A stretch of 58,157 bases of DNA, the filler included, from Hydrolagus affinis (taxonomy: Eukaryota): assembly GCA_012026655.1 (NCBI GenBank). It is 3 parts of 3 records of this genome, joined end to end, with 100 filler letters (N's around TTAATTAATTAA, not from the genome) between each part and the next. Parts side by side here need not be neighbours in the genome. Positions count along the whole stretch, not along the records: positions 44,360 to 58,157 come from JAAILG010020051.1; 2 more parts are not named here. The stretch is one strand, 5' to 3'. The translations under genes were made by a program, and so were the position numbers. Shown here one piece after another: positions 46,226 to 58,157 of the stretch; within the stretch, counting starts at the first letter, position 1, and the number at the start of each line of letters is the position of its first letter. The notes below the pieces were generated by a model. The model was given only the letters and a program-made list of their open reading frames with translations, was not told the origin of the DNA and did no database searches.

Positions 46226-46569
46226 GTTTGTATGTTTAAGCGCTCTGAGATGCCGTCCGGCGTGGAGGGCGCAATATAAATCAAAGTTGTTGTTTATTAA
46301 TGGGTGTTTGTGTGTAGATATGAATGCGTGTATATGTGTGTACACAGCTTGGGTCTGAAACATTGATTGTCCAGTGCCTTGAGATGTGCTCCCAACGAGA
46401 AAGGTCAGGGGGACAACCCAAGGCACTGGACATACCAAGGCACTGGACAATCAAAGTTTTCTTACTCCACTCACCTGGTAATAATCCCATAAAACAATAA
46501 TAAATTGGTCATTTCAAACCAATCGTGGGACACTGCAGTACGCAATTGGCTGCCACATTTGATAACTTA

Positions 46570-47506
46570 GCTTAATATATTAAATTTGCTGATGACACGA
46601 AACTAGGAGGAAACGTTAACACCATGGATGACATTTTTTAAAAATGAAGCACGGTAGAGATAGGTTAGGTCAATGGGCAGGTAGGTGGCAGATGAAATAT
46701 AACATAAGGAAGTGCGAAGCCATCCACCTAGGTGGCAAAAACAGCAGCATGATTTTTTTTAGAGGGGGAGAGATTGGAAAGTGTTATGTCCAGAGAGCCT
46801 TGTACAACAAACGCAGAAAGTTAGTGTGCAGGTGCCGCAGGCAATTAGGAACGCTAATGCTTTGTTAGCTTTCATTATGAAAGGATTAGAGTATAAGAGT
46901 AGGGAAGTCTTCCTGCAGCTGTATAGGGCCCCGGTGAGACCACACCTGGAATACTGTGTGCAGTTTTGGTCTCTTTATTTAAGGAAGGATGTACTTGCCT
47001 TGGAGGGAGTGCAGCGTAAATTTACTAGGTTAGTACCTGGAATGAGGGAGATGAGCTATGATGATAGGTTGATTAATTTGAGCCTATAACCTCTGGAATA
47101 TAGAAGAACTAGAGGGAATCTTACACAAGCCTGTAAGATTATTAACGGGCACGACAAAGTAGATAGTGAGAGATTGTTTCCCCTGACTGGAGAAACTAAA
47201 ACCAGGGATCACAGTCTGAAAGTTAGGGGTCAACCCTTTCGGACTGAGTTGAGAAAAAATGTCTTCACTCAGAGGGTAGTGAATTTATGGAATTCTCTAC
47301 CCCAAAGGGCTGTAGATGCTCATTCCTTGAACTTATTGAAGACTGAGAGTGATAGATTTCTTATGGATCAAGGGTTTAAGAGATATAGTGATAAACCGGG
47401 TAGGTGGAGCTGGAATAGATCAGCCAGAATCTTATTGAACAGTAGTGCAGGCTCGAGGGTCCGAATGGCCTACTCCTGCTCCTAATTCTTATGTTCTTAT
47501 GTTCTA
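46570..47506 (+). mobile_element. CR1 LINE 3' fragment
   Basis: KFADDTKLGG, LYRAPVRPHLEYCVQFWS and NVFTQRVVNLWNSLP; 3' end GAATGGCCTACTCCTGCTCC followed by (TTCTTATG)n. Confidence 0.9.
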
Positions 47507-47713
47507 ACATACCATGCCTCCAGAGATTTGGTTATGTGAACTCAGTGGTATTTTAAAATTTGTATCAATTGGCTTATATTGCCTTCAAAAAAGGCATCCC
47601 TTTACACTTCTCTGCATTAAATTTTATCTGCCATGTGTCACCCAATTTCATCAGCCTGTCTGTTCCCTCCTCACTTTTCTACATTTTGTGGATAAATAAT
47701 GAACTATATCAGC

Positions 47714-48640
47714 AACAATATTACACTTGTTTAGTGCCTTTCTCATCAGGAGGACGTCCCAAGGTGCTCAACAGTTACTGCTTCAGACCTGATCTGAGGG
47801 CAGGGGACAGGGAGGGAAGTGGGAATTAGGAGGTGCCAACAGGTACATTGAAGAGGACAGTCTTGAGGTGGGAGTTGAAAGAGGCCAGGGAGGGGGCGAG
47901 GAGGAGGGACTGTACGATGGAGTTCCAGAGGTTGGGTGCAGAGTAGCTGAAGGCTTGTAAGGGGATAGGAGATCACAGATGTAGGGTGGGGAAAGCATGT
48001 AGAGGGCTTTCAATGTGAGGAGCAGGATCTTGAATTGCATCCTCTGGATGATGGGGAGCCAGGGGAGTCGGGCAAGGACAGGGGAGATGGTTATCACAGT
48101 GTTTCAAATGGTAGAGGACATGGGCTGCAGAGTTCCTGATTATCTGCAGCCTGTGGAGGGAGGAATTGGGAAGGTCGACCAGCAAGGCATTTGCATAATC
48201 AAGCCAGTATATAATGAAAGCATAGATGACGGTTTCAGCAGCTTTGGGGGTGAGGCAGTGGCGGAGACAGGCAATGTTGCAGAGGTGGAGAAAGGCAGAC
48301 CGGGTCATTGCTTAGACAGTCTGACAGGACAATGGTAGTCCTGGAGTCGAGGGTAGAGGCAGAGAGATAGAGTTGGATGTCCTCCGCACGCATGTGGAAG
48401 TTCACCCCATGTCTGCGGATGATATTACTAAGTGGGAGCATATAGATATTTAAAAGTAAGTGGCGAAGGACAGAGTCCTGGGGGGTGCCGCAGATGATGG
48501 GGGCTGGGAGAGAATCCGTTGGTGGTGACAAAGTGTAGACGATGAGAGAGTTAGGAGTTGAACCAGCTGAGGGCCAAGTCCATGGAGATTGAGGAGGGAG
48601 GAGAAGCGGCATAAGTCATACACAAATGGAAGTGGTTGTA
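47714..48640 (-). mobile_element. L2 LINE fragment
   Basis: VNFHMRAEDIQLYL, FLHLCNIACLR and ARLPWLPII in frameshifted ORFs. Confidence 0.85.
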
Positions 48641-50391
48641 TTATTGACAGCAAGATGACTTGAGTAGTAGTGACAATAATAATAATACTCCTTGCGTGTG
48701 ATAGACCACCTGATCGTGTCTTCTAGACTTCCTCGAGTGCTTCATAGAATACGCTCACAGAATAAGTGAAGTAACTGTGTGTTTTGTGAGTGAAATTTGG
48801 CAGCCAATTACAGGCATTGGGGTTTCAGAGACCACATTATTTTTAACATTATGTCTTGTTTGCAATAATATATTATTTTCCAGGATTTTGCCCTGCCCGG
48901 CAATTGAAGCCAAGTCCTCTCACTTGCTAGGTGAGTGCTCTAACCACTAAGCTACAGGACCCAACAAGGTAAAGCAGTGTTGAGTTATGTGTATTTTATT
49001 GTATAACACGATGATGAATGTTTGGCTGTTTTTGACTGTGGCAGCCCTATAGAGAATAGACACTTCATCTTCCTCACATCATGTTCACTTGTGATTCAGA
49101 GTATTGTTCTCTGTCCAGCACAGGAACTGGTGAGGATGGGCAAATCATGGACGGCTCATGTACTGGTTCCTTTCAGATGTTCATCAGAGCTCAATCGATA
49201 TTATTTATTTTATTCATTGTACATATACTACAGATAAATAGCTTCCTAATAAATGTATTCCCCACCCCCAAAGCTCGGGTCGAGTTCCTCACTGTTGAGT
49301 TCTTGGGACGTCTACCTGATACGAAATGTAGTAAATGTAAGAGTTGTTGGATAATATCAGCAATTATTTGGATGACAGTAACGTACAGATTACGGGTGTA
49401 ATGGAAAGGCTCATTGAATCCAGAATCAAATATTCCTTCAACAGGTGAAGAAACCTTCACTTTCAATGTTTCATGGAGCAGGAGTTCACACTTTACAGAT
49501 AGTTACCATATTGGGAAGGAAACTGTGCATTATTGATATCTGCTCTAATAAAAGTGTTTATCTAATCACGTGAACCTCCAGTAAAGTACAGTCTGACCAA
49601 TATTGGTCAATTAGTCAATAAACCAATATTGTACAAGATTATAAATGCTTATTAATTCAGATGAGTAATATTTATAATAATATTTATATGTAAATAAATG
49701 TATACATCACAACGAGCCTTACATTGTGATGCACAGCTCACAACAATTGACATTGGCCAAACCAATGTGCCAAACAGAAGGAGGAGTAATGTCCAATTTA
49801 TGTTTAAATTCATGTCCATGAAAGGTATACAGGTGCTGCTGCACAGCTGCCCGTTCGATCAGCAAAATGATACCCAGGTACTGCAGTACTGTCGTGTAAG
49901 ACTTCATCTTGAATTTTCTTTCTTAGGAAGTGGAATATGGTGTCTCCAAGTTCCACCGTCTTCTTTTTTGTCCTTCGTCTTTATTCCTCACGTCAATCCC
50001 GCTTTTAATGTTTTCTGCATAAATGTTTCTTTTTTTCTCCTTTTATGTTTCTGTCTTCTGCAAGCCCTCTTGCAGAAGAAAGTAGGTTTTTTCAAGAGGG
50101 CTTCTCTGCAAAATCAAAGTTACACCGCTGTCTCTCCAGCTGCTGACTATCTCTCCATGACAAAGACAACAATAAGGATTCAAAAAATTATTTGTTATCT
50201 ATAATGTTTCTAGAATCATCTTATCTACATATTTTGGCCCTTACTGCGAAGCCAACTACAATCAGCTCCCATCATAAGTGATCGATCACATGTCTCAAAT
50301 ATGTATTGATAATGTAATGGATATATTAATTTGACACATTAACTACAGATCCCACAGTAATGTAGGAAGGTTTCCCTGTTTGTGAAGATAT

Positions 50392-53300
50392 TCACCAATG
50401 TTGCTGAAGTTCAACCGCGTTTGTAGCCAACTTCTTTCCTACCTTGTGTTGATGATGTTTTATCATTAATTTAGCAATGATATGAAAGGGATAAACTAAC
50501 CCTTTCTTACACTCCTCTCTGAACTTAGTCTGAGTTAATGCATAGATACAGGTGTTTGCACAGCAACTGAACCTTTGCAGCATGATCCCTGTTTCTTGGA
50601 CAATATATCGGGTGTTATTGACAAATGTTTTGCTATAAGTCACGTTGGAAAGTTGCCATATGAATGAATGTAGAACAAAGGTTACCCACAAAATTATAAA
50701 AGTGCCTGATATGGCGAACAGTAAAACAATAGATTTTTTTCGGGTTTCCAACTCGGGATCATTTGTTTTCTCAGCATTTCTCTGACCCCGAAGCCTCCTA
50801 CGGACTTTACTGGCCATCAGAATGTGTCTGATAACCACAGCATTGAACAGGCAAATCAAAGCAAACACAAACAGCGTATTAAAAACACGGATAAATCTTT
50901 CGTATAATTTCCAGCTGAGCAAAGTGTAAAAGTTTGGTTTGAAAATACAGTACCACGGGGTATTGTTAACTATAATCACAGGATCAAACATAAAGTAACA
51001 AGGAATGCTGACTGAGCAGCTAAAAACAGACAGAGTCACAATAACCATCGTGGCCATTCTCTCCGTGCAATATATTGGCCTGAGATTTTGGCGGCAAATG
51101 GCAATAAATCGATCAAAACTGAAAGCAACTGTGAACCACAAAGACATGATGATTGATGCAGCGTTGAACACAACACTGACACTACACACTGGAGTGTAGA
51201 ATAGGAAATTTAATGGGAAATATAAATTGCTAATTTTGTTTAACAGCACATCCACGAGGACAACCAGGAAATCCGAGGCTGCCATGGCCACCAGATAGCG
51301 AGTGATGCACTTCGAGAGACCACAGTTTCCTCTTGACAGGATCACAATTGCCACCAAATTAACTGCGTGAACGATAGAAAACAGGGAAAATTATTCATCT
51401 GAGTACAGGAGTGAGATTATCAGTTTACAGGTGTGTCATATTTGCTTGTTTATTTGAGTTGATTCAATTACTTCAGAACATCGTCCATATCTCAATCGTT
51501 TCACAAACCCTTTCATACAGGTTGCATTTCTGGCCTTGATGTAAGGAAGCCTGCACTAAACAATCAGCAAAATTATTTCTCCTGATTACTTTCCAATGCG
51601 TTGCTCTCAAACATCATCCTAGTTCACCTCTGGTTGCTGAAAGGACAGGTGGCAGCCACTGAACGAACCTGGCTGAAACCTGGTCTAACGATCCACCGGT
51701 ATATCTGACCACACCACATCAAAAACTACCGCTCTGCTCTGGTCTCTGCCAAATCTTACTTCTACTCCAGGATAATCCTTGATGTGAAGGACAACCACAA
51801 GTCCTTGTTCTCCGCAAGAAACCGGCTACTCTGCTCTCTCTGTCACGCATCTCAGATCCTCTCCTCCAACTCCCACTGCGAGGAGATGCTGGATTTCTGC
51901 GAGTACAAAATCGAGGGAATCCAATCAGCTGTCACCACCTGTCGAACTTCCACCCCATCCACACCTTTCCAGCACACCAGAGCGTCTACCCATCCATCCT
52001 TCCACACCTTCGAACCTGTCTCCCCATAATCTGTCATCACCACCATATCCTCCATGAAGCCCACTACCTGTTCCCTCCATCCCCAACTCTTCTTACCTCC
52101 CAGCTCCACCTCCTTGCCTCTCCACTTGCTGATAGAGTCCACCTGTCCCTTTCAATTGACATTGTTCTGACTGAATTCAAAACAACCAACATCACCCCCA
52201 TCCTCTCATAGCCAGTCAGGAAACTGGGTGTCTACTTCGAATGTGACCTGTCTTTCCTCCCCCATATCCGCACCATGACCAGTACTCCCTTCCACCAACT
52301 TTGCAACACTGCCAGACTCCACTATTTCCTCACACCTCAGGCTGCGAAACCCTTAACCATGGATTCATCACATCAAGGCTCGACTATGGAAGCTTCCTCC
52401 TCGATGTCCTTCCTGGCTCTTCCCTTCACAAGCTGCAGATCATGCAGAATTCTGCATCTCCTGTTGTCTCCCACACCAAGCTCAATGACCACAACACTCC
52501 TACCGTTTACCAGCTCCATCCCCAAAGAATCGGATTCAAGATCCTCATCCTCACTTTCAAAGCCATTCACGACGTCACCCCCTACTATCTCTCTGACCTG
52601 CTATCCACTTATGAATGTCCCTGCCCCTTCCATTCAGTGAACTCCAGTCTGCTCCATATCCCATGCCGACCCGCCCTATGCTCACTGGATGGGCTTTCAG
52701 CTTCTCTGCCACTACACGCTAAAATTCCATCCCACATTTCCTTTACCTTGATTCTTCCCTTGCCTACTTCAAGGTTGGTATCAAGACCCTACTCTTCGAC
52801 CATGCCTTCTGCTGCCCCACTAACTCACTCCTGCCCATCCCCGCTACCCTACCCCTGTCCCTTGCTCAGGATCCGACCTGGCCATGCGACGTCCTCTCGA
52901 TGTAATTTTGTTTTTGTTGTAATGTTCAAATCCCAGACAAATGGCTCAATAATAGAACAGTACAATTAATCGGTGCCTTCTGCAAATAACCCAGCGAGGC
53001 TAAATGCTGCAAATTATGTGTCCTTTTTTGATTCTGTTTTATTGCAAGTCAACAAAGTTATTATGGAATCATATATATTTGCAAGAAAATTTAGATTTTT
53101 GGCTCTTTGAGTCTGCACCAGCTCTGAGATCAAGTTATATATTCAGATTCACAGCCCTGAATATCCCCATTTCTGAAGCCAAGTCCTGTAGCTAAATAAT
53201 TAGAGCTCAAGCGATGCATCTGGGTTCGATTCCAGGCAGGTCAGGATGAAACTTTGTCAAGTTTCCTTACTCCACATGCTGGTAATGATCCATCATCAAA

Positions 53301-53589
53301 AGACAATAAAATTGGTCATTTCAATTCTTGATAGTTTGTAGGACAATGAAGCGCACAATTGGCTGTCACCTGATGACGACAAATACAAACTCATTTCACT
53401 TGACAGCATATTCTTTGAGTTGCTTTGAGATTTCTAGAAAACATGACAGGGGGCCATATCAAGTGACAATTGAAGTCATCTATTCACGATTGCCACAACA
53501 TGAAAACAAATAGAATTACCCGGAATTCCAAATGCTGCCAGAATGGGGTAGTAAATAGCTACTACAGCATACACTGTTGGAAATTCCAT
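50392..53589 (-). CDS. Class A orphan GPCR, GPR139/GPR142-like (346 aa, two exons)
   Basis: Exon 1 53520-53589 (MEFPTVYAVVAIYYPILAAFGIP-G, gtaatt donor); exon 2 50392-51362 (VNLVAIVILSRGNCGLSKCITRYLVAMAASD..FSFDRFIAIC..RRKS-like ICL3 (TRKKS)..ANTCIY). Seven hydrophobic segments and an open frame. Confidence 0.88.
51560..52925 (+). mobile_element. L2 LINE fragment in the GPCR intron
   Basis: [19 protein letters not shown] and IGFKILILTFKAIH in ORF 52301-52969. Confidence 0.8.
53183..53475 (+). mobile_element. Same SINE family, next to GPCR exon 1
   Basis: GTCCTGTAGCT..GGGTTCGATTCCAGGCAGGTCAGG head plus body. Confidence 0.8.
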
Positions 53590-54504
53590 GCCCTGTTTCA
53601 CATGTTTTGCTGCTGAAGTGGAGGCTTGAATGAAATCAATGAACTCACACTGAAATAAATCTGTACTTATAGCAAATGTGAAGTTAGCACTTGAATAATT
53701 AATGCAGTTAATGCAATTAGTTCCAGACCAGTAAACAAACAAGAGTGTTTTCACATGAGAATTGCAAATTGCAATGTAAACTGTGGCTTGTGGCACAAGG
53801 AAACTTGCTAAATGTGTCGTCCTGCTGGGAATCGAACCCAGACCACTGGCTTAGTAGGCGAGTGCTCTGACCACTGAGCTACATGAATCCACAATGTAAA
53901 AGTTATTGTATTTTTCAGGCAAATTTTTTTTTAATTGACAATCCAAAAAACAACCTTAGATTTCCTGAACTCTGCCATGCTATCTATCTTGGCCTCATAG
54001 TAACACACAATAGGAACCCACAGAGTCGGAGGATCCTCCATCTAATCATGATAACGTAACCACTTTATGCAACTAAGTACTTTTTCATATTTACTTTCAG
54101 CGATTGTCAGTCAATTGGCAGCTGTAGCTTCTTTGTAATCTTCAATTACAATAAAAATAATAATCCTTGCATTTGATATAACGCATTCTCCTGTCTTTTA
54201 GATTTCTCAAAGCACTTCGCAAAATATACTGTAAAGTGAATTGACTCTATATTGGTGGGCGAAACATGAATCTCTTGTTTCATGTTGAGTCGTGTAGCTT
54301 AGTGGTTAGAGTTCTAGACTTGCTATCAAGAGACATGAGTTCAATTCCATGGCAGGGAAAAATATTGTGCAAAATACTTGCAGTATATTCTGTGGATCCC
54401 ATTGACACTTACAGAAGGTGTGAAAAGCACTTTATTAAATGCAAGGATTATCATAATTTATTATGTTGCTCTCCACTCTCACTGATACATTCTTTACAAG
54501 TGAC

Positions 54505-55535
54505 ATGTGCATAGAGTCCACTATGCGACGTCCGAAGGCAATTGGGTGGACGTCCCAAGGCGCTGAATGATCAGGTCAGCACCCGAGCAGTGGGGGAAGG
54601 GTCAGGGTAGGGGGAAGGGGAAGGAGAGTAGGAGAGGGGGGAGAGTTAGGATGGCAGCAGTAGAGAAAGGTCTTGAGACCGGCGTTGTAGGAGGAAAGAG
54701 ATGAATTGAGGCAAAGGGATTGCAGTATGGAGATCCACAGTGTTGGAGCAGAGAGGCTAAAAGCTCGGCCACCGATGGTGGGGCAGTTAGGTTGGTGAGC
54801 GTGGAGCAGGCCAGATCCTGCTGAGTGGAGGTGATGGGCAGGCTGATAAGGAGACAGAAGGTCGGAAGGATAGACAGGGGCAAGGCTACGAAAGGCCTTG
54901 AAGGTGAGGAAGATGATCCTGAATTCAATCCTCTGGGGGATGGGGAGCCAGTGGAGATGGGTGAGAGTCGGAGTGATGTGGTCGCAGAATCAAGTGCGGG
55001 AGAGCACACGAGCTGCAGAGTTCTGAAGAAACTGCAGCTTGTGAAGGGAGGAGCTGGTAAGGACGATGAGGAGAGAGTTCCCGTAATCCAGCCTGGATAT
55101 GATGAAGGCATGTTTGTGTGTTTCGGCAGCATGCAGGGTGAGACAGTTGCAGAGTCTGGCAATCTTACAGAGGTGGCGGAAGGCTTTACTGGTGATGGCG
55201 TGGATATGAGGGAGGAAGGACAGTTCGGGTTCAAACAAGATGCCCACATTCCTGACTGGCTTCGAGAGGTGGAGAGAGCAGCCTTGAATGCTGATGATGT
55301 CAGCACCCGAGGTGTGGAGGCGCTGACGTGAGCCGATCAGGAGGGCCTCCATCTTGTTGATGTTAAGTGGGAGGAAAGTGGTCATCGTCTAGGACGCAAT
55401 GTCGGACAGACACACAGACAGTAGTTCTGGAGTTGAGAGTGGACACTGAAAGGTAAAGTTGGGTGTCATCCGCATAGATGTGGAAATTTACCCCGTGTCT
55501 GTGGATGATGTCACCCAGGGGGAGCATGTATAGGG
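54505..55535 (-). mobile_element. L2 LINE fragment
   Basis: [24 protein letters not shown] and ISRLDYGNS. Confidence 0.88.
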
Positions 55536-55680
55536 TGAAAAGCGAAATACTCCAGATGCTGGAAATCTGAAACAAAACTAAAAATGGCTGGGAACACTCA
55601 GCAGGTCAGGCAGCATCTTTGGAGCAAGGAAAAGTGAGTCAAAGTCTCAGGTCCACGAACCTTCATCAGAAATGGAGTGA
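55536..55680 (+). repeat. Chondrichthyan dispersed repeat (Penelope-like terminal sequence); related copies at 4455-4610 and 8445-8540
   Basis: AAATACTCCAGATGCTGGAAATCTGAAACAAAA..CACTCAGCAGGTCAGGCAGCATC recurs in the window. Confidence 0.6.
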
Positions 55681-56067
55681 ATATTGGGAACTGTGGGAGA
55701 TTATACAGCTAAAACCTCAAAGCTGACAAGAGAAAGAACCCAGAAGTGGAACTTTAATTTAAGTGAGTTGCTTTATATGTTGGTGCCAAAAATACCCATA
55801 TGGAAATGAATATTTAATTCACGGCTGTTTGTTGTGGGCAAATTGGTGCAGCGTTCCCCCAGAAATACAAGGTGACCACATCCGTCAATCAAAAAGTAAA
55901 CTTATGAAGTTCTTGGAGTTGTCTGGACAATGTAATAACACACTGTCCCACTGTATGAAATGAGGGAAATCAAATCAAATCGATGGACACTTAGAATTAT
56001 GGAAAATACAACAAAGGAATCAACTGCAGGCAAGATTTACTCCCAATCATTTAATTTTCATTTGTCA

Positions 56068-56150
56068 GTAGTCGTGGCTGAGTGGTTAAGGCGATGGACT
56101 AGAAATCCATTGGGAAACTTCCCGCGCAGGTTCGAATCCTGCCGACTATG
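56068..56150 (+). tRNA. tRNA-Ser(AGA): tRNA-Ser(AGA) gene or recent pseudogene
   Basis: GTAGTCGTGGCTGAGTGGTTAAGGCGATGGACT-AGA-AATCCATTGGGAAACTTCCCGCGCAGGTTCGAATCCTGCCGACTATG is near-identical to vertebrate tRNA-Ser-AGA, with a long variable arm. It carries two CpG-to-TpG changes and no oligo-T terminator directly downstream. Confidence 0.8.
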
Positions 56151-56519
56151 ATCATTGCTCTCTGTTACTATCATTGTGCCACTGATTGTAGGAAAATGTT
56201 CACATTTATAATGATTGTATATTGTGGAAACCTGTAGTGGAGACGTGATGGAGAGGAGACTTTCCCCTTGACCAATGCAAAGTTATCCTCACTGAAAGAT
56301 TTCTTTCATGATACTGTTAATCAATTTATTTGAGACCAGGATATCAGGTGAGACAGGTTGATGGTAACAACTTTCGAAAACTTATTGACAATTTGTTTTT
56401 TCAGTTCATTTTTATTGTCGAGATTTCATAAGATACATCACTTTCTCAAAATAAAACAAGGCAATGGTTATAGAAACAAAACAGCAATCACTGGGAACAC
56501 TCAGCTGTCAGTGTTTATT

Positions 56520-57290
56520 TTAGTTTGGAACCTCGGCATCACGTTCGACCATAAACTCTCCTTCCTCCCCCACATCCGTGCCTTGACCGGCACCGCTTAT
56601 TTCCACCTGCGCAACATTGCCAGGCTCTGCAACTACCTCATCCCCCACGCTTTCGAAACACTCGTGCATGCATACATCACCTCATGGCTGGCCTACGGAA
56701 ACTCTCTCCTCGTCGGCCTCCCCAGTTCCTCCATTCACAGGCTGCAGGTCATCCAAAACTCTGCAGTCCGTGTGCTATCCCGCACCTGCCTTCACGACCA
56801 CATAAGCCCCTCCCTTGCCCGTCTCCACTGGCTCCACATCCTCCAGAGGATCGAGTTCAAGATCCTCGTCCTCACCTTCAAGGCCTTACACGGCCTTGCC
56901 CCGCCCTACTCAACCGACTTACTTTTCCCCTATAAGCCCACCCGGACCCTCCGTTCAGCAGGTCTTGGCCTGCTCCAAGCCCCCCGCCTGTACCGCCCCA
57001 CCAATGGAGGCCGGGCTTTCAGTTTTTCCGCTCCCACCCTGTGGAATTCCATCCCCCAATCCCTCCATCTTGTTTCTTCCCTTTCTTTTTTGAAGGCCGG
57101 TTTGAAGACTTTCCTCTTCAACCATGCCGTTTGTTCCACCACGAATTTTTCGACGTCCCCTACATGTTTCACCCCTTCCCGAACACCCCCCTCCCAGCTC
57201 GGGTCACATGCCTCCAGTGCAGAGCCTTGGGACGTCCTCCCGACGTGAAAGGCGCTTTATAAGTTTAAGTTGTTGTTGTTGTTGTTGTTT
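56520..57290 (+). mobile_element. L2 LINE 3' fragment, same subfamily as 29627-30395
   Basis: NLGITFDHKLSF..AYFHLRNIARL..LARLHWL; (GTT)n tail; 3' UTR nearly identical to the copy at 29627. Confidence 0.9.
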
Positions 57291-57481
57291 ATGGATGGTA
57301 AAGAGAAAGGCTGGGATTAGTTAGAGTTTAGCTCTCTTTACTGGTCTCGGCAAGACAGGAATATAAATGTTATTTTCATAATACGTTTACACCATTATGT
57401 TTAAAATGGGAAAAGACAGCTGTGGTGTCTTGTTGGTGTTTGTAGCTGAAGGTTTAAACAACAAAATTAATATTCACAAAT

Positions 57482-57793
57482 AAAAATAATAATCCTTGCA
57501 TTTGATATAGCACTTTTCACTTCTTCTAGACGTCTCAAAACACTTCACAGAATATACTGTAAAGTGGATTGTCTGTGTATATATTTGTGGGCAAAATGCA
57601 GCAGCCAATTGCGTACAACAATGTCCCACAAAGAGTCATGAAATGACTAATATATTACTGGGTTTTTTAAGGGATCATTATTAGGCTAGTAGAGAAAGGA
57701 AACTTGCCCAAGATTTCAAACTGACCTGCCTGGAAGTGAACCCAGGTCTCTCACTTGCAAGGCGAGTGCTCTAACCACTGAGCTACAGGACTC
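57482..57793 (-). mobile_element. Same SINE family, full length
   Basis: Head GAGTCCTGTAGCTCAGTGGTTAGAGCACTCGCCTTGCAAG with a TGC anticodon remnant. Confidence 0.85.
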
Positions 57794-58157
57794 AATGATG
57801 GACGATGAGAACAGAAGAATAATTAAATGAAACAGGAAGGGCTGGACATTCTAATGACCTGACGCCTTTCCCATTCCCATTGTCAGTTCCACAGTCACCC
57901 CCATATCACTGAATTAAAACTATTATCATAACCACCCTGACACATCACTGAACTCCAATACTATAGTTCCCTTCCCCATATAGCATTGCACTGCACTGAA
58001 ATCCTAGTTTGGCCTGACTAATTTCAGACGTTTTCATGGTCTATCAATCAAGCACGTTATCCATGTTTGTTGATAGTTGGAATAATAGGTTGAGCTGCCT
58101 TTCTTCAAAATGAACCGATTTTCATGTCGAATAAATGTAAACTCAGACTTTAATATT

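Noticed and set aside
49191-49466. Minus ORF with TVIQIIADIIQQ..VSG|gt, faintly like exon 1 of another GPR139-like gene
   Set aside because: Lacks the YYP.L...G.P motif, and no second exon is found downstream.
57735-57793. tRNA-Ala(TGC)-like sequence (also other heads, e.g. 53820-53888)
   Set aside because: Continues into the SINE body and lacks an acceptor-stem 3' half; it is a SINE head, not a tRNA gene.
46007-58157. Search for JH segments or RSS belonging to the IgH C exons
   Set aside because: No WGxG J motif or properly spaced heptamer/nonamer found by eye; isolated CACAGTG hits (e.g. about 54737) lie inside L2.

Overview
Eukaryotic (not microbial) DNA from a cartilaginous fish, possibly a chimaera; the taxon is inferred from gene and repeat families. 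The window is three sequence blocks joined by artificial 100-nt spacers (N44-TTAATTAATTAA-N44 at 27951-28050 and 44260-44359), so linkage between blocks is unproven. Block 1 (1-27950) holds a tandem cluster of three minus-strand, intron-containing Ig-superfamily receptor genes (leader, germline-joined VJ-type V, C1, TM), reconstructed exon by exon. One is a complete 372-aa inhibitory-type receptor with a SIRPalpha-like multi-tyrosine tail. Its closest paralogue is a 275-aa activating-type receptor (Arg in the TM, almost no tail). The third runs off the window. Together they look like a paired NKp30/SIRP-like receptor system. Block 2 (28051-44259) is a plus-strand array of TCR alpha/delta-type V segments: 4 intact, 2 defective and 1 orphan leader. 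Each V exon has a 23-bp-spacer RSS, and the array contains CTCF-like motifs and SINEs directly behind four RSSs. Block 3 (44360-58157) contains crippled IgH (IgM-like) CH1-CH2 exons with no V/D/J seen, an intact two-exon GPR139/142-like GPCR and a tRNA-Ser(AGA) copy. L2 and CR1 LINE fragments and a tRNA-derived SINE are abundant throughout; most ORF-track entries are fragments of these. All exon models were read by hand from splice signals and frame and have no transcript support here.
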